DNA from: Candidatus Kryptoniota bacterium
Lineage (GTDB): Bacteria; Bacteroidota; Ignavibacteria; Kryptoniales; JAKASW01
Direction of reading: 5' to 3'
Assembly: GCA_049278975.1 (NCBI GenBank)
Contig: JBAPNE010000274.1
Location: forward strand, 1-47,957
Length of the DNA stretch: 47,957 nucleotides
Part shown: positions 10,801 through 19,079 of the stretch, piece after piece
Position numbering within the stretch: the first letter of the stretch is position 1
Layout of the letters: each line of letters opens with the position of its first letter
The notes under the pieces: generated by a model
Told to the model about the DNA's origin: nothing
What the model saw: the letters and a program-made list of their open reading frames with translations, nothing else
Databases searched by the model: none
Program-made: the position numbers and the translations under genes

Positions 10801-11515
10801 GAAACCTGCGACTGGCAACGATATATTTCATGTCGCGATCAAGCATTGCAACTGCCGCCGGGCTATTTTCAACAAACAGCCGCAGGACATGTTCTTGCCT
10901 TCTGAGTTTAACCTCAGCGTCTCTGCGCCATGTAATATCACGGACCACACTAATCAACGTGCGCGTCCCGTCTATATCGATGCCCTGAGAATTTACTTCC
11001 ACGGGAAATGTGCTGCCGTCTTTACGCATGTGGATAGTTTCAAAAAGAATACTGCGCTTGTCAGCCTCCGCCATTTGCGCTGACGTCATGCCCCTTTCTC
11101 CTGGGGCACGTACCTCATTGATCGACATGGACAATAATTTCTCCCGGGGGTACCCGTACGCTCGCACCGCTGCCGCATTCGCTTCGATGATGCGTCCATC
11201 AGCCAGCCTAACGAAGAGAATGAGATCACTGGTGTGATTCGCTAGTAATTCATATCGGTGCAAAGCCTTTTCAGCATTCTTCCGTTTCTCTGTTTCCTCC
11301 TGCCACCGGTCAAGCTGGTTGCGCAAAGCAATGTACAGCAAGATTGCTGTTGCAGTTACAAATGCCCAGCCTTTGTATGTCGATAGAGCAATAATGACGT
11401 TCGGCTTTGAAGACAACATCAAAACTGCGCGATCCGAAAACAGAATCCAGATTACAGATAAGAGCCAATAGACTAAACTTGTACGAACCGCTACTTTCAT
11501 AATCCAGTTCTTCAT
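7862..11515 (-). CDS. Membrane-anchored hybrid sensor histidine kinase (2 TM, multiple PAS, HisKA, HATPase, receiver)
   Basis: 1217 aa. N-terminal hydrophobic helices (LVYWLLSVIWILF, WAFVTATAILLYIAL). Repeated PAS S-box signatures. H-box [14 protein letters not shown] box LLNLCLNAKDAM. G boxes DTGIGMD and [10 protein letters not shown]-terminal receiver LLIEDEE...[14 protein letters not shown]...K. Confidence 0.9.
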   Translation of the reverse strand: MKNWIMKVAVRTSLVYWLLSVIWILFSDRAVLMLSSKPNVIIALSTYKGWAFVTATAILLYIALRNQLDRWQEETEKRKNAEKALHRYELLANHTSDLILFVRLADGRIIEANAAAVRAYGYPREKLLSMSINEVRAPGERGMTSAQMAEADKRSILFETIHMRKDGSTFPVEVNSQGIDIDGTRTLISVVRDITWRRDAEVKLRRQEHVLRLFVENSPAAVAMLDRDMKYIVASRRFLADYRLGEQNVVGRSHYEIFPDIPDRWKEIHRRCLAGNIEKCDEDPFPREDGSTDWVKWEIHPWYEEAGHIGGIILFTEVITGRKREAEELQMSRMRLLGLINTAMDGIISLDENQKIILFNSAAETMFGVSAEEMIGKPLDTLIPERFREKHHGLITEFGRAGKTNAMGEMAGMRVVSGLRANGEEFPMEASISQIEVGGKKVYTVIHRDVTEQLKSRQELRESEEKFRTLYENSTVGIYRTTPDGKIILANPALVKMLGYSSLDELSARNLETTGFEPSYSRAEFLKIIEEKGEVKGLESAWTRRDGTTLYLRESARAIRSADGRTLYYDGVVEDITDRKRAEEQLLIKNSAIESSISAIGLADMNGRVFYVNEAFARLWGYDNAGELIGKNISTFSMSSEKLRDAVTSMMRGNGYRAESKGIRKDGTTFDFEISTNVVKSERGDSLCLMASFIDITERKSAEKKLTSMYEELKSSEEKYRSLFEQSKDAIFMSRTDGSLIDINLAGVELLGFDSKDELLGINMADFFVSPEDVKSLFDVLQRDRFVKDREFTFKKKNGEQIMVSSTASFALDEFKQAFSVLGIVRDITKQKTLQQQLMQAQRMESVGTFASGIAHDFNNILGIVLGHVGLLGEAGDGSGKLSQSVKAIEKAAVRGASLVRQLLTFARKGEPVYEHVQINDVVNEVTKLLKETMPKTIDVVTDLKQDLPYLDADATQIHQILLNLCLNAKDAMPRGGTVKIVTSISEGEAVVSKFPSASLKEYILLNVSDTGIGMDEETKRRIYDPFFTTKEVGKGTGLGLALTHSIVTDHGGYIDVETQPGKGTTFSIYLPISDQITEENPAPELSMQDASGGTETILLIEDEEMLRELITAVIESKGYSVLTAADGEDGVDLFTRRQSEIAVVISDLGLPKLSGDEVLRRIRSINPSARLIAASGFIEPDVKSKLLEIGVTHFVQKPYLLAEILQTIREVIDEKK

Positions 11516-11863
11516 GTGGGCACATCTTCATTTGAACCGACCGACAAAGCTCCACGCTTCGTGACCACATTACCATAGAAATGGTCCACGTTCCCCCTTA
11601 GACTGGCAACAACAAGCCAACGCGCTTGGGCAAAAATATCATCGATTGGATGAGTTCGCAAAATGAACTCGCTGGATCCACACAGACTTCCCCCCTCCAG
11701 ACGAATAACGCTGCTTGTGCTATGATTCATCAATCAAAGAGTCATGATTTAAGTTCTAAATAAATTTAGTGAGTTTAAGATGAACTTTCAACGAGATGAC
11801 AGCGGCGTTCCGAGTTCTCACTTTATCTTGACTCTCCTCGACTGCTTCTTTAGATTGAATCCG

Positions 11864-12604
11864 ATGAAACCCTTTTTATTATCCATTTTCAGCCCGAAGC
11901 TGATCAGTCTTTGGCTGACAATTCTGGCGATCTCCATCGGATTTGCGGAACTATCGCTTGCTCAAAAATCTCCGCCGGAGGCGGATGCACATTCCACTCA
12001 GAGTGCTTTTCGAATCGCACGCCTAAAATATGACGGCGGCGGAGATTGGTACAATGATCCGCTCGAAGAACCCACTCTTTTAAAATTTGTTAGTGACCAC
12101 ACCAACATAGACGTCGATCCTAATTATTACTACGTTGATATAATGAGCGACGACATTTTTACTTATCCGTTTCTCTTCATGACAGGCCACGGGAATATTC
12201 GATTCACAGACGAACAGGCGAAACGATTGAGACAATATCTTGAGGATGGCGGATTTCTGTATGCCGATGACGATTATGGAATGGATGAAGCATTCAAGAG
12301 AGAAATAAAAAAAGTTTTCCCTGATAAGCCGCTTGTCGAGCTTCCGTTTTCTTACGGATTGTACCACTGTGTCTATGACTTCCCAAACGGAGTTCCTAAG
12401 ACACACAGTTGGGACGAAAATCCACCGAATCCGCCTCATGGCCTTGGAATTTTTATTGGAAAGAGACTCGCGGTTTATTACACAACTGAAAGTAATCCAT
12501 CCGACGGATGGGATCCACCCGAAGTGCATCACGACCCGGGATCAACGCGCCTCGAAGCTCTGGAGTTCGGAACTAATCTCGTTTACTGGGCATTGACACA
12601 TTAA
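11864..12604 (+). CDS. Exported DUF4159-like protein (glutamine-amidotransferase-like fold family of unknown function)
   Basis: The ORF track gives 11780..12604. The internal ATG at 11864 starts a plausible signal peptide, MKPFLLSIFSPKLISLWLTILAISIGFAELSLAQ. The core RIARLKYDGGGDWYNDP...YPFLFMTGHGNIRFTDEQAKRLRQYLEDGGFLYADDDYG matches my memory of DUF4159. Confidence 0.65.
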   Translation: MKPFLLSIFSPKLISLWLTILAISIGFAELSLAQKSPPEADAHSTQSAFRIARLKYDGGGDWYNDPLEEPTLLKFVSDHTNIDVDPNYYYVDIMSDDIFTYPFLFMTGHGNIRFTDEQAKRLRQYLEDGGFLYADDDYGMDEAFKREIKKVFPDKPLVELPFSYGLYHCVYDFPNGVPKTHSWDENPPNPPHGLGIFIGKRLAVYYTTESNPSDGWDPPEVHHDPGSTRLEALEFGTNLVYWALTH

Positions 12605-12606
12605 AT

Positions 12607-15600
12607 ATGGAAGAGAATTTACCAAACGCCCCGTCGAAGATCCTATACGCTGGAAAGGCCGGGGTCATGAATTCGCTCGAGAAAGTTTATAAGAAGAAGA
12701 TTTCTTCCAAAATCATAACCGCACTCCTGATAAGCGGTACTGTCATCATCGCATCACTAATCTTTTGCTCCGTTCTCGAACTTATCTTCGAGTTTAACAC
12801 AATCGGAAGAGAGACTCTTTTCTTCGCCGGTCTCCTCGCGATGCTCATATCGATCTTTAAATATCTCCTTCCCAATCTTACAAGATATTTTCAGCCTCCT
12901 CATATCGAGGATGTAACGGAAATATCTCTTGAAGTCGGAAACGTGTTTCCAGATTTAAAGGACAGGTTGAGAAACGCGATTGAGCTTTTATCAAATGAAT
13001 CGAATCCCAATAAATATCATTCAGAAGAATTGGCCCGCGCATATGTCGAACAAATATTCGGGGATGCGTCTCGCCATGATATTACTTCTGCCTTGCAATA
13101 CAAATCAGAAGCAAGCGCAAAACTCTCTATCTTAATATCGTTTGTTGCCGGTCTCGTTCTTTTTTTGTTTTTTCCGTCCCAACTGCCTTATGCATTAGCT
13201 GAGGTATTTAATTTCACAAAAGAAATCCCGAGCGCATACTCAATCGAAGTTTCACCCGGCGATATTCTGCTTTCACGAGGTGACACTTTAAAGATCAAAA
13301 CGACGCTTGGATTAATCACCGGAAGACAACTTCCCTCTTATATTGTTGTGAGCGAAAGGTACAATAACGAGCGCGACTTTGAAGGACACAAAATCAACAA
13401 AACCACTGACGAAAAATATTATTTCCAGCTTCCCGATGTCCGGAGCAGTTTGAAGTATTTCGTAACTGCCGGCGACCAGGACACCCGTCAGTACAATGTC
13501 GATGTTGAGGACCTTCCGATCGTGCAAAGTTTTCATGTGACTCTTATTTATCCGTCATACACAAAAAAAGCCGTAGAAACTTTGCAGGATAATATCGGAG
13601 ACTTTTCTGCTCTCGTAGGAACACGCGCCGAATTTACTTTGCAAACAAACAAAGAATTAAAATTGGCATGGCTGCTTATCAATGATTCTACAAGGAAATC
13701 TTTCAATGTCAGCGGGAAAAATGCCGCTGGTGCGCTCGATATAAGCCGTACCATCAAATATACGGTTCGCCTTTTGGATGAAGACAGCTTGCAAAATCGC
13801 GACCCAATTGTCTATACAGTTCAAGCGGTCAACGATGAATATCCGGCATGTGAAATTACTTATCCGGGAAAAGATGTAGATCTCAACAGAGACATGCAGC
13901 TACCGTTAAGAATCGATATCCGAGACGATTACGGTTTCACAAAACTTTTGATTGAGTACAAACTTATCAGCTCAGAGTATGCCCCACCGGAAAAGAATTA
14001 TCATTCGATCGAGATTCAGCTTCCGACAAAAGAAGCCGGTGAACAGGAAATCTCCTACACGTGGGATTTGACTTCCCTCAACCTCGTTCCCGAAGACGTG
14101 ATAAGCTACCACGCGAAAGTTTTTGATAACGATTTCGTCAATGGCCCCAAAGCAACTTCGAGCAGCGAGTATCAAATTCGGCTTCCGTCTGTCGATGAGG
14201 TTTTTGCTTCGACAGACAGCGAACACAGCGACATTATTTCAAAAGCCGAGGACGCACTCGACAATTCGAACGATTTGCGGCAACAACTCGATAAACTTTC
14301 CAATGAGATGAAGACCGCTACCAAGCAAATGAGCTGGGAACAGCAGAAAAAGATGCAGAACACTTTGCAGCAGTACGAGAATTTACAGAAGCAAGTCGAC
14401 AGCCTTAGAAGTCAAGTGGAATCCATGACGCAAAATATGCTGGAGAACAAGATTCTTTCTCCTCAAACTCTCGATAAATATTTGGAATTGCAAAAGGCAT
14501 TGCAGGAGATCAACTCGCCGGAGTTTCAGGATGCGTTAAAAAAACTGCAAGACGCAATCCAGTCTTTAAACCCGGAGCAGCTGCGGCAGGCGACGCAGAA
14601 TTTCCAGGTGAACGAAGAACAGCTTCGACAAAGCATCGAGCGGACATTGAGTTTGATCAAGCGTGTCGAGATAGAACAGAAATTGGATGAGCTTCAGAAA
14701 CGCGCAGAACAGATGATGGCACAGCAGCAGAATTTACAAAAATCAACTGCGGAATCCGATTCGACTCGATCGGCAAGCAAGCAGCAGCTATCGGAGAATC
14801 AAAAAGAAATTCAAAAGGAACTCTCGAGCACTAAAGATGCGATGTCTGATTTGAAAAACAAGATGGACGAGTTCGCGAATGAAATGCCGATGCAAAAAAT
14901 TGATCAGGCAAACCAGCAGCTCGAACAATCCAATGTGGAACAGAAGATGCAAAATTCTTCGCGGCAGCTTTCTCAAGGACAATTCTCTCAGGCACAAAGT
15001 TCACAACAACAAATCTCCTCGGCATTGAAAGATTTTCAACAAACTTTGTCCGAGGCGCAGAAGGAAATGCTTCGGAATCAGCAGAAGGAAACCGTGAACA
15101 CGATGCGCAAGGCTCAACAAAACCTCCTGGAAATTTCAAAGGAACAAGAAGACCTGCGAAACCAGTCGTCGCAGTTGATGCCAAACTCCGCTGAATCACG
15201 TCAGCTTGCAGACAGACAAAACGAATTAATGCAGGAGTTAAATTATACAGCTCAGCAAATGATGCAGTTATCGAACAAAAGTTTCGCTGTTACTCCGCAA
15301 ATGGGAAGGCAAATCGGTGAGGCTTACTCGCAGATGCAGCAGGCATTGAACAATTTGCAACAGAGATCGGATCAATCAAGCGCAACCGAGTCGCAGAGCA
15401 AGGCAATGGGCTCGATGAATCAGGCAGTGATGTCGATTCAAAGTACTCTTCAAGCGATGATGAATGGACAAGGTTCCGGCGGTTTTATGTCTCTTATGCA
15501 GCAATTACAGCAGCTTGCAGGACAGCAGGAAGGTTTGAACTCCATCACACAAAAACTGGGTGAAGGTGGTACACTCTCCATGGAGCAGCAAGCTGAACTT

Positions 15601-16035
15601 TCGCGGCTCGCAGCGCAACAGGAGGCGATTCACAAATCTCTCGAACAGCTTGCGCAGGAAGCACAGCAATTGGCCGCCATGGGCGGCCAAGACAAAGTAC
15701 TCGGAAATCTTGACCAGATCGCGAATGACATGAAGGACGTCGTAAAAGATCTTCAGAGCAACGACATAAAGCCGGAAACAATTCAACGGCAGCAAAAAAT
15801 TCTTTCACGAATGCTCGACGCTTCGCGCTCAATAAATAAACAAGACTACGGTAACAAACGCCAGAGTACACCCGGCCAGAACATCGAAGGTAAAAGCCCC
15901 TCAGAACTAAACCTTACGAATTCAAATTCCGAACAAAATCAGGAGCTATTAAAACTAATCCGCCAGAATTTTCCACCGGAATATCAAAAAGTGATTCTTC
16001 GATATTATCAACTCTTAAAGAAAACATTGGAATAA
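12607..16035 (+). CDS. Large membrane protein with a beta-rich middle region and a long Gln-rich coiled-coil / low-complexity C-terminal half (DUF4175-like)
   Basis: 1142-aa ORF starting 2 nt after the previous stop. Three hydrophobic helices in the first ~200 aa (IITALLISGTVIIASLIFCSVL, LFFAGLLAMLISIF, LSILISFVAGLVLFLFF). Residues ~200-530 are rich in beta-type sequence. Residues ~540-1050 are Q/E/K/L-rich with heptad character. C-terminal PPEYQKVILRYYQLLKK. The family call is from memory, but the coding call itself is strong. Confidence 0.7.
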   Translation: MEENLPNAPSKILYAGKAGVMNSLEKVYKKKISSKIITALLISGTVIIASLIFCSVLELIFEFNTIGRETLFFAGLLAMLISIFKYLLPNLTRYFQPPHIEDVTEISLEVGNVFPDLKDRLRNAIELLSNESNPNKYHSEELARAYVEQIFGDASRHDITSALQYKSEASAKLSILISFVAGLVLFLFFPSQLPYALAEVFNFTKEIPSAYSIEVSPGDILLSRGDTLKIKTTLGLITGRQLPSYIVVSERYNNERDFEGHKINKTTDEKYYFQLPDVRSSLKYFVTAGDQDTRQYNVDVEDLPIVQSFHVTLIYPSYTKKAVETLQDNIGDFSALVGTRAEFTLQTNKELKLAWLLINDSTRKSFNVSGKNAAGALDISRTIKYTVRLLDEDSLQNRDPIVYTVQAVNDEYPACEITYPGKDVDLNRDMQLPLRIDIRDDYGFTKLLIEYKLISSEYAPPEKNYHSIEIQLPTKEAGEQEISYTWDLTSLNLVPEDVISYHAKVFDNDFVNGPKATSSSEYQIRLPSVDEVFASTDSEHSDIISKAEDALDNSNDLRQQLDKLSNEMKTATKQMSWEQQKKMQNTLQQYENLQKQVDSLRSQVESMTQNMLENKILSPQTLDKYLELQKALQEINSPEFQDALKKLQDAIQSLNPEQLRQATQNFQVNEEQLRQSIERTLSLIKRVEIEQKLDELQKRAEQMMAQQQNLQKSTAESDSTRSASKQQLSENQKEIQKELSSTKDAMSDLKNKMDEFANEMPMQKIDQANQQLEQSNVEQKMQNSSRQLSQGQFSQAQSSQQQISSALKDFQQTLSEAQKEMLRNQQKETVNTMRKAQQNLLEISKEQEDLRNQSSQLMPNSAESRQLADRQNELMQELNYTAQQMMQLSNKSFAVTPQMGRQIGEAYSQMQQALNNLQQRSDQSSATESQSKAMGSMNQAVMSIQSTLQAMMNGQGSGGFMSLMQQLQQLAGQQEGLNSITQKLGEGGTLSMEQQAELSRLAAQQEAIHKSLEQLAQEAQQLAAMGGQDKVLGNLDQIANDMKDVVKDLQSNDIKPETIQRQQKILSRMLDASRSINKQDYGNKRQSTPGQNIEGKSPSELNLTNSNSEQNQELLKLIRQNFPPEYQKVILRYYQLLKKTLE

Positions 16036-16046
16036 GAACGACTAAG

Positions 16047-16895
16047 ATGAGAAACAAATCAGTTGCCGCTGCAAAACGAAATGCCGCGAGTAAATCTCGA
16101 CGGAATTCCGCCAACAAACACGGCGGGAAATATCCGAAAATTTCCGTGGACAAGATTCGTTTGCTCGAGATGGAAAAACTTAACAACCATCTCATAGAGG
16201 TCAACCAACTCAAGGACGAATTTCTTGCAAATACTTCGCACGAATTAAGAACTCCGCTCAACTCTATCATAGGGTTCCTAACATTAATCACCGAAGGCTA
16301 CTATGATAGCGATAACGAACTTCGAACGTTTACCCGAAACGCATTAGACAGCTCTTACCATCTCCTCACCGTCATCAATGATTTGCTCGACATCTCAAAG
16401 ATTGAAGCGGGCAAAATGCAGCTCGAGATCGAAAAGATTTATGTCGATGAACTTATTGCGGATGTCTGCACGTTATTTACTGTACAAACAGATCAAAAAG
16501 GATTGGATTTAGAATCTTCGATCAAGGGTTCTCCGCTCTTTGCAGCTGCGGATGTGAAAAAGCTCAAGCAAGTTTTGATTAACCTGCTGGGAAATGCAAT
16601 AAAGTTCACCCCTGCCGGTAGTATAAAGGTCATGGTCAAACCGCAGAACGGAAACATCCGTTTCGGGATCAAGGACACGGGCGTAGGAATTCCGAAAGAG
16701 AAAAGGGACAAACTTTTTCAGAGGTTTATTCAAGCGGACGGAAGTTCAACACGAAAATTCGGAGGCACAGGACTCGGATTGGTTATCTCCAAGCATCTTT
16801 TAGAAATGATGGGCGGTCAGATAAAAATTGAAAGCCCGGGACAGAGTAAAGGGACTACTGTTCACTTCACGATACCACAATGGACAAAGGATTAA
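16047..16895 (+). CDS. Cytoplasmic histidine kinase lacking any recognisable sensor domain (basic N-terminal tail, DHp, HATPase)
   Basis: 282 aa. Basic N-terminus MRNKSVAAAKRNAASKSRRNSANKHGGKYPK. H-box FLANTSHELRTPLNSIIGF at about residue 65. N box LINLLGNAIKFT. G1 IKDTGVGIP. G2 GGTGLGLVISK. No TM, PAS or GAF segments. Confidence 0.85.
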   Translation: MRNKSVAAAKRNAASKSRRNSANKHGGKYPKISVDKIRLLEMEKLNNHLIEVNQLKDEFLANTSHELRTPLNSIIGFLTLITEGYYDSDNELRTFTRNALDSSYHLLTVINDLLDISKIEAGKMQLEIEKIYVDELIADVCTLFTVQTDQKGLDLESSIKGSPLFAAADVKKLKQVLINLLGNAIKFTPAGSIKVMVKPQNGNIRFGIKDTGVGIPKEKRDKLFQRFIQADGSSTRKFGGTGLGLVISKHLLEMMGGQIKIESPGQSKGTTVHFTIPQWTKD

Positions 16896-17590
16896 AATTG
16901 AGCTCTAAAATTTTAATTGCAGATGATGATGCAAATTCGAGAATGATTTTAAACCGCGTTCTGTCGAAAGCAGGTTACGAAATACGCGAAGCGAAAAATG
17001 GGAAAGAAGCTCTCAAAGCAGCGAAAGCATACAAACCTGATGTAATGATAATAGACTGGATGATGCCGGAAATGGACGGAGAACAATTGACAAGCTGGAT
17101 CAAGAATGACTCCACACTTAGGTTCACTTACGTAATTCTACTGACAGCACGGGGCGACACAAAAGATCGCGTGCGCGGATTGCAAGCCGGCGCTGATGAT
17201 TACATTACAAAGCCCGCCCCGCATCAAGAAGTTCTGGCTCGAGTCCAAAGCGGCATGCGTGTCCGTGAATTGCAAAACGAGATTGAACAACTGACGAGAA
17301 AACTGTCCATTATGGAACTAGCGGCAACAGTTGGCCATGAAATCAATAATCCATTAAACGTGATTTATCTTGCTTTAGATATGATGCGGAAATCATTGAA
17401 GCAAAAGGAATACGATAAATTAGAAAATGGAATCCAGTTGATTGCTGAGACTGCGGAAAGAATCAAAGTCATAGCCCGCAAGTTTGTTGAGATCAAAAAC
17501 CCGCAAAGCACAAATTATGTAAATGACTTGAAGATAATTAACCTGCATAAAGGTGAAGACGACGGAAAGCAGCATCAAGATAAATCTTGA
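16880..17590 (+). CDS. Response-regulator receiver fused to a HisKA-like DHp (H-box) module, with no ATPase domain and no DNA-binding domain
   Basis: 236 aa. Overlaps the upstream kinase gene by 16 nt. Receiver signatures ILIADDD, DVMIIDWMMPEMDG (acceptor Asp about residue 59), ILLTARGD, DDYITKP. Then a coiled linker and ATVGHEINNPLNVI (His about residue 153). The protein ends about 80 aa later without N/G1/G2 boxes. Confidence 0.8.
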   Translation: MDKGLKLSSKILIADDDANSRMILNRVLSKAGYEIREAKNGKEALKAAKAYKPDVMIIDWMMPEMDGEQLTSWIKNDSTLRFTYVILLTARGDTKDRVRGLQAGADDYITKPAPHQEVLARVQSGMRVRELQNEIEQLTRKLSIMELAATVGHEINNPLNVIYLALDMMRKSLKQKEYDKLENGIQLIAETAERIKVIARKFVEIKNPQSTNYVNDLKIINLHKGEDDGKQHQDKS

Positions 17591-17606
17591 TGCATACTCA
17601 TGAAAT

Positions 17607-17638
17607 GGTTACTCCCCTCATTCCTGAGAGGAGTAACC
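17607..17638. terminator. Hairpin between convergent genes (possible bidirectional terminator)
   Basis: ggttactcc (17607-17615) pairs perfectly with ggagtaacc (17630-17638). It lies in the 60-nt gap between the stop at 17590 (+) and the stop at 17651 (-). There is no clear U-tract. Confidence 0.4.
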
Positions 17639-17650
17639 GAAGGAAAAGTC

Positions 17651-17842
17651 TTACTTCCCTTCCTCTTTCATTTTCTCTTTGATCTCCTGAACTTCCAACC
17701 GAACCTGCTGCGCGAACTTTTTTAATTCTCCCATGTGCTTGCGAACACGAGTGCCCGCGGCTTTGTTCTGCTTCTCAAAGAATTTTCTAAAATCCTCTTC
17801 GAAGGTGTTGACGAGTTGATGAAGTTCCTCGTACTTTCCCAT
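17651..17842 (-). CDS. Small basic histone H1/Hc1-like nucleoid protein
   Basis: The ORF track gives 17651..17890, but that start would overlap the argJ stop. The ATG at 17842 is preceded by aggag. The 63-aa product MGKYEELHQLVNTFEEDFRKFFEKQNKAAGTRVRKHMGELKKFAQQVRLEVQEIKEKMKEEGK contains the NKAAGxRxRK core I associate with Hc1-type histone H1-like proteins of Bacteroidota and Chlamydia. Confidence 0.55.
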   Translation of the reverse strand: MGKYEELHQLVNTFEEDFRKFFEKQNKAAGTRVRKHMGELKKFAQQVRLEVQEIKEKMKEEGK

Positions 17843-17870
17843 AGGTGACTCCTTCCTTTTTGTTTTTTGG

Positions 17871-19079
17871 TTATGTGGTGTATTCACCATTTATTTTGAC
17901 ATAATCGTAGCTCAAATCGCAAGTATAAACTTGTGCAGACTCTCGTCCAGCGTTGAGCTTAATCGTCATTTCAATTTCCTTCTTTGAAAACAAATCACTT
18001 ATTTTTAATAGATCAACTTTCTGCGGCTCATTCCTCTTGAACACGCATATGTTTCCGATGTTCAGCTCTACTTTAGCCGGATCAAATTTTACATCCGAAT
18101 TCCCCACCGCCGAAATTACTCTTCCCCAATTCGGATCTCCACCGAATATTGCCGTTTTCACTAACGGAGAAACCCCGACCGCGCGGCCAACTTTTACCGC
18201 ATCGTTGTAAGTCGAAGCAGTCTGGATATTCAATTTCACAAATCGAGTTGCACCTTCTCCGTCTCGTACAATCATTATCGCAAGTTCTCGCAATACCATG
18301 GTCAAAGAATTTACAAATATTTTGTAATCGGATTGAGAACTAATCGCAGTGCCCGATGCACCGTTAGCTAAAATAAATACGCTGTCGTTTGTGCTTGTGT
18401 CTCCATCGACAGTCACGGTGTTGAACGATTTTTCTGAGGCTTCACTTAATGCAGATTGCAATTTCTTTTTATCTATCTTCGCATCTGTCGCGGCAAAGCA
18501 CAACATGGTCGCCATATTAGGATGAATCATGCCCGCGCCCTTCGCGGTGGCTCCAATGCGAAATTTTTTGCCCTTTGAAATCGCGATTTCGGTGGACACC
18601 TGTTTCGGAAATTTATCCGTCGTCATGATGCTTCGTGAAAATGCCGAATCGCCGTCGGACCGGAGGCTTCCAACAAGATGCGGGATTGCTTCTAAAATAT
18701 TTTCCATTGGAAGCTGCCTTCCAATAACTCCCGTCGAGGCAACTAAAGTTTCGTCTTTAGGAATACGAAAACGTTCCGCTACTTTTGCCACGGTTTTCTC
18801 GGCGGATTTCATTCCGGTTTTTCCGGTGAGCGCGTTTGCACAACCGCTATTGACAATAATCGCCTTAGCCTTCGATTTGGAATCCAAAAGATTTCGCTTA
18901 CATAATAAAACCGGTGCCGCAGGAAATTTATTCTTAGTAAAAACAGCTGCAGCTACAGCGACAGTTTCGCTGACGAGCATTCCAAGGTCAAGCAAACCGT
19001 TTTGTTTTATGCCCGCAATAATGCCGCTTGCCAAAAAACCTTTTGGATATGTGACCGAATGTTCGTAGTTAAAAATCAT
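17871..19079 (-). CDS. argJ: Bifunctional ornithine acetyltransferase / N-acetylglutamate synthase
   Basis: 402 aa. Hallmark autoprocessing and active-site region [21 protein letters not shown]. Conserved C-terminal [15 protein letters not shown]. Confidence 0.9.
   Translation of the reverse strand: MIFNYEHSVTYPKGFLASGIIAGIKQNGLLDLGMLVSETVAVAAAVFTKNKFPAAPVLLCKRNLLDSKSKAKAIIVNSGCANALTGKTGMKSAEKTVAKVAERFRIPKDETLVASTGVIGRQLPMENILEAIPHLVGSLRSDGDSAFSRSIMTTDKFPKQVSTEIAISKGKKFRIGATAKGAGMIHPNMATMLCFAATDAKIDKKKLQSALSEASEKSFNTVTVDGDTSTNDSVFILANGASGTAISSQSDYKIFVNSLTMVLRELAIMIVRDGEGATRFVKLNIQTASTYNDAVKVGRAVGVSPLVKTAIFGGDPNWGRVISAVGNSDVKFDPAKVELNIGNICVFKRNEPQKVDLLKISDLFSKKEIEMTIKLNAGRESAQVYTCDLSYDYVKINGEYTT

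Noticed and set aside
11604-11619. A sigma-54-like element, tggcaacaacaagcc, upstream of the four-gene cluster.
   Set aside because: The -12 element reads aagc instead of ttgc. The site also lies about 250 nt from the probable start codon, which is too weak a case to call.
11512-11733. A 73-codon minus-strand ORF whose TGA overlaps the ATG of the large kinase (an ATGA junction), suggesting a coupled upstream gene.
   Set aside because: It has a TTG start, no RBS that I can see, and a nondescript composition with no motif. This kind of overlap arises by chance often enough. It is worth only a glance in ribosome profiling data.
14224-15760. The Gln-rich region as a tandem DNA repeat or cryptic array.
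   Set aside because: No nucleotide-level periodic unit is visible. The redundancy exists only as amino-acid composition within one long open frame.
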